From NCBI GenBank assembly GCA_010909165.1, contig VJWM01000135.1:186001-250000 (forward strand): a stretch of 64,000 nt of DNA. Direction: 5' to 3'. The notes beneath the pieces were generated by a model. It did no database searches. It had not been told where the DNA came from and worked only from the letters and a program-made list of their open reading frames with translations. Shown in pieces: positions 37,300 to 50,100 of the stretch. The translations under genes and the position numbers were made by a program. The stretch is from Anthoceros angustus (lineage: Eukaryota; Plantae; Anthocerotophyta). Each line of letters opens with the position of its first letter. The first letter of the stretch is position 1.

Positions 37300-38663
37300 G
37301 GCAATCTCTTCAGAAGCAACGACCTGGTCCTGGTATTCCAAATGAACAATCGAGATCAGATCACAACTCGAAAAAATATTCAACACTGCCAGGCCAACCA
37401 GATTATGGTCAGTGGGCAGGCCTGTCTAGGAGGTAAACCAAATGGCACACCAGCCAGCCAAGCCAGCTTCAATAATGCTAGCAGAATCACAACTCCTGAC
37501 TTCAGGAGCAGTGAGTCACACACCAGAATGAATGTGTGACGGTTAACACTCACTACTACATCTTCTCCGAACTTCCACACATGACTTTCAGCTTCAAATT
37601 GGTAGTTTAGCGCCAGTTGAACAGTGAAGACGGAAATCAGGCAGCCAAACCAAACGGGCTACAGAGTGCACACAGCCATCGGAAGATTGCTCACCGCATC
37701 ACCCTGATGAACAGAAATTCCCACCAGCGTCCACAGATTGAAGGCCCCGTTTAAGACAGTGACAAAACCTCAGCTCTTGAAGATGCCCCTCCTCTTTGCC
37801 AATTCACGCCAGACCTGTCCTTCGTCCCTGCCACTCTGCCTCTCCAGTACGACCTACTGCGTAGAAAGGCCACGACGTGCAAATCCATGTCCCAACGTCC
37901 CTGCCCCCCGGCACCCATTCAGCCCCCTTCAAGAGCTGACATTTTCTTCCAAACTGATGTAGGGTTACAGTCCAATTCTTTGAGCTGCGCGCACAGCTAT
38001 CCTCTGGCTTGTCCCTTCCGCCGCAATGTCAGGTTTCAGAACTCAAGCAAGCTTGACCAGGAGACGCAGAGAATCCCACCATAATTAACAGCCATTCGCT
38101 CCTGCAGGTACGTCGAAGCAGATGCAGATACATGGTCGCTGTGTCGAACCCACCTCCGCCTCTGTGTCCTTCAGGTAGCTGCAGCTTGCATCTTCTTTTG
38201 CACAGCCTTGAAACTCACACACGCACTGTGCTCCTGCTTTGTCTGATTTTCGCGACAGGCTGTTTACACAGAGAACTTCGGCAGACGGGCACTGAGGAAA
38301 GCTACTTTGCCGACTTGTACTGCTATATAAGTGATACGGTTTCCACAACGTCATTGACGCCATACAGGTTTGGAGAAGCTTGTCGGATTGCCCTGGATCA
38401 GGCAGGGTTCGTCGTGTGGCTGATTTGTAGTCGGTAAACAATTTCGCCGAGCCGGGGCCGTGCATACTGCGCGGCTTTGCAGCGTTGCAGGATCGACGCG
38501 CAGTTTCTAGGGTTTGGGTCCGGATCGTCTTCGAATCTAGGTGTGGAGGGGATGGATTGGATTTCTTGTCGGTTTTGGTCGATCCTATCGGTATCCTGGG
38601 CTTACCATTCGCGTTATTTTCAGTGTGTGCATCCCAGCAGCTTGGAATTGAAACAGCGGCAAG

Positions 38664-39237
38664 ATGTCTGGCAGAGGTTTCCTCGCTAGGGTCATGCAGT
38701 ATGTGGTGAACGAGATGCTGGTAGATCGGCTTGCTAACAAGTATGTCTTCCTGCAAGAATTCCACAAATCTGTTGTTGGTAACTTTCTGCAAGGGTATTT
38801 GGCAGAAGGAATGTTTTTCGAGGGTGACAGTGAGAGATTGATTTGAATAGTTGGTGGGATGTGCAGTCCTTCATTTCAACGGTTTGCTGTGCAGTCCTCG
38901 AAGAAGCTTGAAGAGCTTGCACTGAAAGGTTAGCTTAGCTTCAAAGGGGAATTATCTTTCACGAAGATAGCAAAGGCATGGAGTCTTCTGGCTATTTGTA
39001 ATATGCTAGCTCGGTGGCTAACCGCGATGTCTATTCTGATGCCTTGTGACAGGCCAAGAAACTAAAGCGGACGTGGCCGAGCAAGTGAAGAAGATTTCTG
39101 AAAGCTTCAGGGCAGAGGTCAGTGTGATCACAATCGTAACCTGAGACCTCACCTTCTCCTGTCAGAGGCTTAAGTTTGTGCTTTCACTGGACGTGCAGGT
39201 CTCTAGAAGCTTTAGGGATTCGGACAGACGCTTGTGA
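38664..39237 (+). CDS. Small conserved plant protein (NCBP2-AS2-like family), about 80 aa, 4 exons; missed by the ORF track
   Basis: Exons 38664-38740, 38867-38928, 39053-39117 and about 39199-39237 give MSGRGFLARVMQYVVNEMLVDRLANNPSFQRFAVQSSKKLEELALKGQETKADVAEQVKKISESFRAE..., matching the 'LANNPAFQRFAV' plant family. The last exon is less certain. Confidence 0.75.
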
Positions 39238-39351
39238 TGAGATACCATACATCCTATTCCTTCGCAGAAATCGTCAAAAATATTATACTTGTGCACCTGC
39301 CAACGTCTGTCCTATGATGAGAAGAGCCACTCATGTGCTCAGGGACATGAG

Positions 39352-40027
39352 TTACTTATGTTTTTTCTTCCGTTTGCTTGAAGCTTGTGGGGCATCTGGC
39401 TGAAGGATGGTGTGGGGTAAAAATTGGCTCCTTCGCTTAAAGGCAGAGGATCTGCTTTCCAGGCCTTCATCGCCGGAACCATCATCGACCTTGTCGTCCT
39501 CATCCGATAAATATCTCTTTTTGCTGTGCGCTTGCCCGTGATGGCCGCCATTTGTAGCCGGGATTTTCAATTTGGCCCTAAGTTTCTTCTCAAGGGGGCT
39601 CGGAGTTGCAACCTGTTTCTGCGGCAAATATTTGGCTCCTAATCCCACCCTGAGGCCAGCATCAGCAGACATGCGTTAGATGCCGTTTCCGGTTCTTCTA
39701 CAGCAGCCTTTACGCCATTCCACTCACAAACCTGGGAGGCCGAGAAGCAGGCTGCAAGGATGCCGGCTGAGCCTCTTCTTCGGAGTCATTGTCTGCACCC
39801 CCGCTCGTGTTTTTCATCCAGCTGACGACCTGCGACACCAGAACCCTGCCCGGGTCAGCTCATGCTCCGGCAAGGGCAACAGCGACGTGGGAAGCAAGCA
39901 AGAAGTACAAGCTTTTCACCAGGTCCCACGCGTTTGTGAGCACCACGACGTCCTCGATCACATGGTCCTTGTTATCCTCCCTGGAACTAGCAGCCTGTGC
40001 AGACCCTCTCTGCATCTTCACGTCCAT
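39352..40027 (-). CDS. Conserved small nuclear protein of unknown function ('RPxRxGLGAK' family), 3 exons
   Basis: MDVKMQRG...LTNAWDL|VVSWMKNTSGGADNDSEEE...SRPPR|VGLGAKYLP...LEKKLRAKL...DEGLESRSSAFKRR...KRKKKHK*, joined in frame by GT-AG introns, with a basic C-terminal NLS-like tail. Confidence 0.65.
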
Positions 40028-40914
40028 GACCTACGCAGATTTCGGGAACGCCTTTCTTCGTCGGGCTCAGCCTTCAAGGGCGGTTTTCTTAAGCCTTCAG
40101 TGAACAATGTAGGGTTTATCAGTCTTCGGTCTCGTTCGCTGGAAGTGAGCGACCGCTTTTCTCTTTGCGGAAGGCATACAGGTTTCGTACCTTTCTGAAC
40201 CCGTATTCCCGTCGCTGAGCACCTTTCACCACATGCTATGTACGTCCCCCACTGAACTTCGTCGCATGAGCTGTCTCTTAGTCATCACAATGGAGACTTT
40301 ATTAAAAGAGAAGAGATATGTCGTACACACTGCCTATTTCTAACTCCATATATGTAGGCAAATTGATAATTAGTCCAAAAAAGAAAGCCTGAGAGACTAT
40401 GAGTTTTTCTCAAGGAAAAAAAAGAGCATAGTTATTACCTGCGTTTCAAGTTACCCAAAGTTTCTAGACTTCATAACTAGATTCGAATTAAGAAATGAGA
40501 TAAGTTAGTTAAATAATTAGATTAATTATTAAATAATACAGAAAAACTAACCTAAGCATATTGATTGAACAACATGAAAAGAGTGGCTCATTATAATGTC
40601 ATGGGAAAACAATCTTCTCTAGGGTATAGGTTGTTTACAAACATTCTAAGTTATCCCACAAGACTGGAGCTTACTGTTTCAAGAGACACTTGAACTCACA
40701 ACTCGTGACTGAAATCATGCAAAGCGTCAGCTCCTCATATAGAAACAAACCCGAGGAGTCTGTCTTGCAGCGAGCAGCATAGGTGTTTGCTCGTCCTCTT
40801 TCTCCCACTCACCATAAAGTCGATAACGGACCTAAAAACGAAGAGTGAGGATTCTGTGGAAAACAAGTCCAAACTTTGACATGATGCCTTGTAAATGACG
40901 CTGAGAACTGAGGT

Positions 40915-41891
40915 TTATGCCTCCTGCAGCATTGATCCAACCTGGTACGGCAGAGGACTCATAACTTCCCAGATTTCCAGCCCAACTACTAGCTGCAGAG
41001 ACGGAAGAAGACAAGAGCCTAAAGCTTCTTCAACTCTGATCCTAGCCTCCTTCAATGCTAGTCGCTTCCGCTCCATGTCTCCACTTTCATTCACATTCGC
41101 ACTTGGAATATAAACTTGAACAGCAGCCAGAGCTGCAGAGTAATATGCTCTTAGCACACGACAAACCTGGTAAAAGCAATGACAGCCACAGTTGTAAAGT
41201 GGACCAGGGTAATCCTGCACTACAATAACTACGCAGACTTACTTTTTAGAGCAAAATCGCATCTCGATGAAGGTAAGCACCAATGCAGGATAACATCTGG
41301 AAGACTTCCTTGCCGATATTCAATGGACCCCTCCTCCTCAGATCAACATTTCCAATAACTTGCATAGCCAGTAGACTTCCCTGTAAAGGTTGACGGGGGT
41401 AGGACAATAAGGAGCTATTGCCTTCCGAGTTCCATCATGAAAGCCAGATGACTGTACGGATGAAAACCAGAAAAAATCGTCAAGAAACACTGACCTCCTA
41501 ACCCATGTGGGCAATGGTGCCAGCAAAAAGCGATGCAGTGTCATCCCTTACGATGACAGTCGCATGATCTACTGCATCCAGAGCTAGTCGAGATTCTGAT
41601 GAGGGCCATCCCCCTCCCCTCGAACCTGTGAGCCATGAAGACCTTACTCAGCAAAACCTCGGCTGCATTAGGCGTTAGCAGCATCCACACTACGGAATGA
41701 TAGCATCTATAAAAGTGGACAAGGGCACAGGGATTCCTCACTACTGCCCAGCAAAGCTCGTATTCGAGTCGAGCAGGAGACGCAGTCAGCTGAAGTTTTC
41801 GGAGACTGTTTGACGCCTTCAACTCCTTGACGCACTCGGCCGTGAGGAACTTGCACCCCATCCCAACAAGTGCGATGCGACTGACTCCCAT
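40915..41891 (-). pseudogene. THO2: Truncated, internally deleted THO complex subunit 2 fragment
   Basis: CKFLTAECVKELKASNSL...RLEYELCWAVVR (THO2 N-terminus) and EVFQMLSCIGAYLHRDAILL*K|VCRVLRAYYSAAL...LKEARIRVEEALGSCLLPSLQL--VVGLEIWEVMSPLPYQV. It has an in-frame stop, lacks the IPANPA motif, retains an intron and covers only a small part of the protein. Confidence 0.8.
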
Positions 41892-42380
41892 GATAGCAGG
41901 TCTGCTTCACTATACGACTGTGCATTCATCGATAGCCGCTGGTAACCAGCTCCATGCCTGTGCTTGCCCTGCTCCCCGGCGTTTTGCCAGGCCCACGTCA
42001 TACCAGGCCCCACACCCGCGAGACAATCGCAATTCAGGTGAAGCGCAAAAATTGGAAGCGTGCAACGCACCGTGTGAGGCTCCGGAGTGATAGGACCTGT
42101 ACCACTCTCTACCGGGAGAGCGCGCATGGGAGGAGAGCTATGGAGAGGCATGCAACCACTTACCATTACTGCAAAAGCAAGAATACACGCTGTATACGAT
42201 ACGACGTACCTACCTAGGTATGCACATGCCTCGTTAAATAAATGGTGACGAGGACAAGAAGGCAGACATCTTGGTGGAGGGAGTGGCGACAATTGTCACT
42301 GCCTTGCTCTTGGCGTAACGAGGAGGAGTCCTTGGCGATTTTGATTTTTGGTGGCTTCTTTCACATTCGAGCGTCCCGTG

Positions 42381-42407
42381 CTGCAGCAGCAGCAGCAGCA
42401 GCAGCAG
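42381..42407. repeat. (CAG)n microsatellite immediately upstream of the LPAT2 start
   Basis: ctgcagcagcagcagcagcagcagcag. Confidence 0.85.
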
Positions 42408-42409
42408 GC

Positions 42410-44644
42410 ATGGGGACTGCCTCCAGCATCATAGCCCTGCCCCTGGGCATCACGTTCCTCTTTTCTGGCTTCTTCATCAACATCTTGCAAGTGCGCGCCT
42501 TACTGTACAATTGGTGTTGCTTGCTTGGTCGTTCTGGCCCATTTCTTCTTCGCGGTGTGGCATGGATGCTGATTGTGCTGGGCAGGTGTGCACTCTCCTT
42601 TTCTTGCGACCTGTATCCCGGAAGGCCTACAGGCTGGCGAATATGTACATGATGGACGCTCTCTGGTCGCAGCTGGTTTGGCTGGTTGATTGGTGGGCGG
42701 GTGTAGAGGTTTTCTTGCTGGCTTCACCTTCCACCTTCGGATCACTTCATTGTTGTTTTCTCTGTGCGTTGTGCTTGAATTGGCTGCCTTCTTGATTTTG
42801 GATCTCAATTGCGGGTGCACGCTTGTCTGATCTTTGCTAGGTGCGAGTTTATTCTGAAGCCGAGACAATCAAACGCTTGGGTACCTGTCTTTGCCTTCAC
42901 TGCACTTGAATTCCGCATGGCATCAAGGATTGCAGAGTTTTTCCGCGTCTGTCGCTATTAGAGCCGGGGGTTCAGGGTGCACGTTTGCAGGAAAATCTTC
43001 TGATCGTCCATGTCTTCCTTTGCAGGCAAGGAGCATGCCCTTCTGATTTGCAATCACCGGAGTGATGTTGACTGGCTTGTTGGGTGGGTACTTGCTCAGG
43101 TAGCTTCAAGGCTCTTGATTGTAGTACCTTGTCAGGCTGCAGGAGTGTCTGTCTACTTTGTTTGCTTGTATCTGGCTTTTAATGCCGTTGGCACCGTATC
43201 GTTGCAGCGATTTGGATGTCTTGGAAGTACCCGAGCTGTTATGAAGAAGTCAATACAGTTCTTGCCGGTGCGTCCCTCTCCACGATATTGATCTCGACTG
43301 ATCAATATTTGGTTGAGGGGATATCGATGTTTGTTTGGTGGGAATCATCTGGCTGCAGGCAATTGGCTGGTCTATGTGGTTCTCAGAGTATGTGTTCCTA
43401 GCAAGGAACTGGGCACAAGATGAGGCTACCCTGAAGGTAATGATCGGCTATCATAATCCTAAGCTTGTTCCCCTTGCACAGGCTGTTGCCTCGACCAGTC
43501 TCATTCATATGCCGCCAAAACTTGCAGGAAGGCTTCCAGAGGCTGAAGGGCTTCCCTCACGCACTGTGGATTGCGCTTTTCGTCGAGGGCACAAGGTTTA
43601 CCGAGGCCAAGTTGCTAGCAGCTCAGGAATACGCTGCACTGTCTGGCATCCCCATACCCCGTAACGTACTAATTCCTCGTACAAAGGTAACTTCACTGAC
43701 TGGAACAGCAAGCATGTTGTTTGCACACCATTGGCTTCATGACTTCCCTGTAAAGGCCTTATTGCATTTGCATTTTTTCACATCTGCATGTCGTCACACA
43801 CCTTTGTGCAGGGGTTTGTTTGTGCTGTTCAAAATCTTCGCTCATTTGTACCTGCTATTTACGATATGACCGTTACAATTCCCAAAGACACGCCAGCACC
43901 CACTATGTTGGGGATACTGAGGGGTCAGCCTTCAGTGGTAAGTAGAACCAGACAGACCTGTGTTCATGTGTTGAAGTCACCTGCACTTTTTCGGTATTGT
44001 AAATTGAATTCTTGTCTCTATTGCAGTTCATGGTGATATGTCAGAGGCTGTGCTCCTGTACCAGGTTCATGTGCATGTAAGAAGGGTGGGCCTGGACAGT
44101 CTTCCTACAACAGATGAAGAAATCGCATCCTGGTGTCGTGAGGCTTTTCATGTTAAGGTGCTTGGCTTCGATCAACCCAATTCTGAAGAGTCTGGTCTGC
44201 TCGCCAAGAGCAAGGAAAAATTGTTTGGCCGTCGCTTACCAGATTTGCTATCGCAGGACGACCTGCTGGACAAGCACAATAAGGACAACACTTTCGGAGA
44301 GGACCTCTACCAGCCTGTTCCACGGCCTCTAAAGCCTATGTTGGTAAGCCATCCGCCATTGATGTTACTCTCCTCTCCACGCATACCAACTCTGACTTCC
44401 TGATGGCGGCGTGCAGATCGCCAGCGGCTGGGCTGTTGCGATTGTGATAGCATCAGCGTGGCTGCTAGACGCTGTGCTTTCCTCGTCGAGAGGCAGACTC
44501 TGGATAACATGCATATTGGCAGTTGTGACTGGTATGATCGCGTTGCTTTTACGATCCAGCCAAGCTGAAAGAGGCACTCCTCCTAAGCCCTTGTGCAGGC
44601 CACTACCTCGCCCTTCGACGGCCGATGGGAAACAAGCGGAATAG
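42410..44644 (+). CDS. LPAT2: 1-acyl-sn-glycerol-3-phosphate acyltransferase (ER LPAAT, LPAT2 type), about 11 exons
   Basis: [39 protein letters not shown] (NHxxxxD), [62 protein letters not shown]. Confidence 0.95.
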
Positions 44645-44854
44645 AAGAGCTACAGGGCGTGCATTGATAGAACTCTAACCTATTACATCCTCCTTGTGTC
44701 TCGTTCTGATTGGAGTGAGGCACTTATTTCTAACCCTTAAAAATTGAACCTTGGAGAAAGGAAAACATACCATGGTAAGCTTCCTGTCACCACTCGTTCT
44801 AATGCTAATACTAGGAGGGATCACTCTACACAAAATCATCTAAAAGACATGGTC

Positions 44855-45783
44855 CTATGCTTCGGCCTTGTACAAGAAGGGCGTCCACCACTCGCCTTGG
44901 TACTTGGGGTATGGCGCAGTCCACTTCTGAGGCTGATCGAACTGGAGCTCGACAGAGTTGCCTGTGAGAGCCTCCTCAGCGCTTTCCGTCTCGAACGAGC
45001 CCTTCAGGACACGATCTAGCCGTAATTTCATGAACCTGCAAAAAATACAATAATACATAGGTATTCCCACTCCGATCCCACGCAGAGGTAAGGCACATGC
45101 AATACAGAGATAGGAAGCCTAGTCCTAACCCCTGAGGTTTAGGCTGGCACCGACGAGAGCTGCACTCACGTGATCCAGACGGCATCAGTCGAAACCAGGG
45201 CCACCGCAGGCCGGCTCAGCCGCTGCTTGTAGTCGGGGAATTCCTGCAGAAACTTAGGCTCGATGACGAGCCAGAAATCCTGCTTCCGGCCGTCCTCCCC
45301 GAATTTGCGGAGCCGCTCCTTGAGCAACTCTTGAAAATGCTCCTCCTCATCCAGCATGAATTTGGCGTTGGCAATGAGAAAATGGTAGGATGTCTTGGCG
45401 GCTGCCGCACTCGAATCCTGCTCCTCCTGCTTCACGGCCTCCTGCACAGACGAGCATCCTCAACACCGGCAAGGGCTGGTTGTAGGCTAGTGGCAAGGGC
45501 TGGTTGTAGGCTAGTAGCAAGGGCGGCTCCTCACCTCTGCCTGGCTGGCCACCACGGCCGAGAGCGGCCAGGGGGAGCGTGACGACCGGCGGCTTGTTAC
45601 GCCGCCGAATCGCCGCCTGAGCAGCGAGCATTCCTGCCGGTGCCGGAGCCGCTGCGGCGGCGGCTGCGAGAGGACGAGGTGCTGCTCGCCCGCCGCTCTC
45701 ACGCGCTCCCCAACATTGTCCGCCGGCCTCACGGCTGATACCGTTCCCAGAGCCGAGAGGGCCCCGGCCACCGCCGCTGTCAT
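44855..45783 (-). CDS. YCF54: YCF54 (Mg-protoporphyrin IX monomethyl ester cyclase accessory subunit) with plastid transit peptide
   Basis: Transit-like MTAAVAGALSALG..., then YHFLIANAKFMLDEEEHFQELLKERLR...QDFWLVIEPKFL...RPAVALVSTDAVWIT|FMKLRLDRVL...KWTAPYPKYQGEWWTPFL. Confidence 0.93.
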
Positions 45784-46127
45784 GGCGCTACCTCAACTCT
45801 ATCCTTCCAAAGGCGCACCTTCTGCAGAGTGGGATTCCCAAGCCACTTACCAGCACATTACACTCTGCATTGTTACCGCTTCAGGCATGCGTTGAAAGAT
45901 GCCCACGATATGGATATGAACATATTGGATGAGACAGCATGTGGAAAAGTGATTTTTAAGAGCGTTTTGAATAAAGCACTTCACAGCATATCTGCTGTGT
46001 CTTGCCTTGCCATCGGGGTATAGTTGTTAGTTACCAAGTCCCAACGGAAAGGAAAAATTCTTGCAATAAACTATAATAAACTTTTTAGTTTATATACTGT
46101 AATTTTGGGACCTCGGTAGGCACCCAT

Positions 46128-46199
46128 GGAGGTATAGCTCAGTGGTAGAGCAATCGGCTGCAGTCCGATAGGTCATCAGTTCAAACCTGGTTGCCTCCT
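46128..46199 (+). tRNA. trnC-GCA: tRNA-Cys(GCA)
   Basis: GGAGGTATAGCTCAGTGGTAGAGCAATCGGCTGCAGTCCGATAGGTCATCAGTTCAAACCTGGTTGCCTCCT: 7-bp acceptor stem, ATCGG-CT GCA GT-CCGAT anticodon arm, TTCAAAC T-loop, U discriminator. Confidence 0.88.
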
Positions 46200-47123
46200 C
46201 ATCCACTGCAGAACAGGTAGAGAGAGGGCATTTTGAAACTAGTGCGGCATGTTTTGTAGGCGGGTGGATACTCTGGGCCCTGGATTCTAGGGAGAGATTC
46301 CCTCCGACGACACGCACAAGACCTATCCGCGCCTTCTGTTCGTCCCATGGTGTCGCTCCCTTCGAGCTCATGCAGTGTAGCTCGACCAAATTCTGGAACG
46401 TACAGTGTGCAGCTGCCTAGGTCTGTGCGGTTAGATCGTAGAGGTTCGAAGGTTTGAATGTATACCTGCTTGGCAAAGGTCAAAGCGCATCCTGAACTTC
46501 GGAAGGGCTCACGTCTCATCTCTCTTCACCCCTTCACCGGGACCTTCAATCCTTCAATCTTTGGGTGCTGGCCGGACTTTGAAATTCTATTCGTCAGTGG
46601 ATGCGGTGAGACGTTTTGCTAAAGCAGTTTGCACTCAGTGGCTGGTTTGGGTTGGGTGTCCCACTCTCGGACTGATCTCCAATTCGAAGCTGCAAGATGT
46701 CGTGCATATTCATTCTGCTGTGTCAACTCACTGGTTGCCGAGCTGTACTCGTACTTGCTGCAGCTACCAGATTCTTTATTCTTCCCCCCGCTGTAACAAT
46801 TCAGGGTTTCCGATTGCGATAATCAGGCAGCGCACGCCAAAAGGGATTCGGAGTGCTCGGAGCCTCCGGCAGGGACGCAGTTTCTGCGGTTTGCTCGTGC
46901 GATTTTTGTGATACCAACCTGGCTCCAAGCCATTCCTTTGGCAGGTCTCCTAGGCGCGTCAGGGATGCTGAAAGCCACTTGTGATGAGCAAGATGCTGGG
47001 AGGAGAGCGGACGTGCTAGGAAACGCACGCCGTGGGGATTGGACCACCACGCGCTTGTAATGTATTAAGCAAAAGGGGATACTGGTTTCGAAAACACACG
47101 GAATACATCACGATAGGTGATCC

Positions 47124-50100
47124 TCAAGCACGAGTTCTCCTTGACTTGGCATGAACAGCCTTCGAATGAACAGCCTTCGAATGAACAGCATTGGCACGAC
47201 CGACCTTCGCAGGAACAACCTTTGGAGAGGTTTGGATAGACTTGCCAGCTTTGGCAGGTGGCATGTTGTATTTAATTGGTTCGATATGCACTCCCGCGCT
47301 CTTCACCTCCTGGAGTATGGTCAGCGTGGAATGATTAAATAGGCATCACATGAGGAGTAGGGTAAACAGCCAATCCGAATTCGAGTTGAAACACTTACCT
47401 TTGGAGCGATCAGATTCCGGAAAGCTTTGTCAGAGTTGAAATCGGGGCCAATGGGCACACGTATGCTTCGTTCATACACCTCTTTCGACTTGAAAGGAAA
47501 AGGTAGGGACTGTGTGCTGAACTTCCGGGCCTGCAAATTTTAGAACGAACGTGAATACCACTGCCCTAAACAGCGCAAACGAAGCATACCTTCTTATCCG
47601 TCAAGAAGCAATTCGACAACGACATTACCTTCTTATCCGTCTTTTCACTGATTATTACGTGCTTGAGTTTTGCATCTTTCCGAGCCTTCATTAATGCCTG
47701 TTTCTTTGCCTGGAGGTCTGCTCGCTCTTTCAAAATCCAGGACGGTAAACCATGGCGTTGCTGGACATCTGTCCACTGTCCCCAGCCCGGTAGGGCAACA
47801 GGGCCTTCTGCAGACGGTAATTCCTCATCCACTGCTTTGGCTTTCTCCTCTTGAAATTCCGCTTCAACATCATCGCCAGCAAAAGCTCGCTTGATCAATT
47901 CTTGCTGAGACTCAAGTCCATTACGCGTCCGACCATCTGTGGCCCCTTCGTCATCTTGATCTTCCTCATCATCACTAAGGAAGGCCATCTGTGAAGGTTC
48001 CGCCAGGGCAGCCGCCCTAGCACCAGTATCAGGTGACTCAACATCATGGGAATCCAGATGAACTTGCTTTTGCTTCTGCGAGGTAGCAAAAAAGACTTCA
48101 GGTGGTTGCAGAGAAGCCGCTTGCCCATTTCTCTCGGAATCTTTCATCATTCCCTGGTCTTTTGGCTTCAAATCATGCTTCTTAACGGACCCATTTGTAG
48201 AAAACAGCCTTGCATGGCCTGTTTTCATGTGCTGTATCCTAGAATCAGATGGCGATGGAGTAGACCCTTCCTCCAGACTGATCTTTTCAGCCAGAGGCTT
48301 ATTTTGGGTACTGGTCTTTACATCAATTGGCCCTATTGCGACTGTTTTGTGATTTGACTTGCCATTCATCTGCAACACCATTCCACATTGTGAGGACAGC
48401 AGGAGCCATCATCGTTCTCTCAGCAGTCAATATCCAATGCACAACAAAAGATGATCACAAGGTGAGTTACTTACCAGTGTTAGCTGTGCCCCTTCCCATC
48501 CAGTAGACTGGGCAGCTGTACCTTCATCCCTGCTACTGGCTTGCTTCACTGCTAGCCCATTTTTACCTTCATCCTCATCACTGTCTTCCCGTTCACTGTC
48601 ACTGCTTCCATCAACCAGCATATCATTCTCCGCGTCTTTTGGAAGTTTTCGCAAGACTTTAGTCTTCCCAAAAGAAAGCCGGCCTGATTGCTCATCTTCT
48701 TTACCTGCCTCCTCAGAGTGATTCTCAACAAAAGAATCACCATTTTCAGCGGAGTTAAGTTGCTTCAAAGCAGCTATTGCATTTTCTTGAGCCTCTTTCC
48801 TCTTTTTCTCGATTGCCCTGGCCTGCAAAGGTATATAGACCAAAAGCCAATCAGTACTTTGCAACATCTAACACGATTCCTCTTGATAAACTCATCCTAA
48901 GAACAGTGCATCTAAGCAAATCTTAGAAAAGCCATCACACAGGCTCACGTAAGCCATACCATGAATGGAAGAGCAAACAATCCTGAAGTTGGGATTTCAG
49001 CCTCCCCATCTCCCTCCAGAGCTTTCAAAGTTGCCACCTTAGCTTTGGCAAGAACCTTGGCCCTGGGCTTTCCTCCAGAATTGTCTTCACCCTTACTGCA
49101 GTCTTCTTCATCATCGCTTGTGCTATCATCATCACTGCTGCTGCTCAGATTAGCAGAATGAATCTTCTTAGTCAGAAGAGCATGGCTGCGAAGTTGTTCA
49201 GCAATTGCATCTCGCACACCATCATCTGCATGGGCTTGCAATCCTCGTTTCAAGATTCTCTTTGCCCATCGAGAGGTATTTTTGTGCTTCAAAGTCATCC
49301 TTTCCTGGAAGTACAGTGCTTTGTCAGAAAAATAACCTACACAAACAGATTCTACAAAAGGCCAAATGAGCAGATGGTCAATGACTGTGATCAACAAATG
49401 CACAACAGTACCTGAGCTCGCTTGAACTCTTGTCTCAACACAGCTTCTTTTCCAGCCTCCGGATCAGCTTCAGTAAGAGCTGACTCAGAATCAGCCTTCT
49501 TCTTCTGTGTCTTCAGAAGCAGGCGATGAAAGGTTTTAGACTTGATCTTCTTGATGCGTTTGGCTGCTAATTCATGCTTAAACAGAAGACTCCGCATCTT
49601 TGATAGTTTCTCCTGCCGCTCCTTAACTTCTTCAACAGAGAACTGCAGAAATCAGGCAACATAAGCACCAGAGGAAAAACTACTCCTGAAGATTGCAGCC
49701 GTTTCAGCCCCAGAGATGCAACGACAACAAAGACCTCTCCCGAGTACCTTGTTCAAAGCAAGTGCTTCAGCTGCTTGCACGGTACTCCCATGAGTTGATC
49801 CACTGTCCTGAAGCAAATTAGCTATATCCTTCTCCAGTTGATTTTTTGGTTGGAACTTTGCTGCAAGGGAAGCGGTGGACATAGCTGGAAGCTCTGGTTT
49901 TTTGTTGAAAACAAGACATGGCGCCTCTCGGTTGGCTTTCACCAAGGGCTGCCACTTTGTAATGTCTTCCTTGGTGTTTTCATACGCAGCCAACCTTTCC
50001 ACCTTCTCCTGTATCACTTTCCGCAGGGGCGGTTGTAGCCGAGTAGAACTGCGATTCAATTGCTCCGTACGCTTCCTCAAAGCACCAAGCCTTGGCTTGC

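Noticed and set aside
38085-38792. 235-aa minus-strand ORF
   Set aside because: No recognisable motif. It overlaps the first exon of a convincingly spliced conserved plus-strand gene and the divergent promoter region.
46975-47060. Box C-like GTGATGA suggesting a snoRNA downstream of tRNA-Cys
   Set aside because: No properly placed box D or terminal stem, about 780 nt from the tRNA, and no resemblance to U3 or other snoRNAs I know
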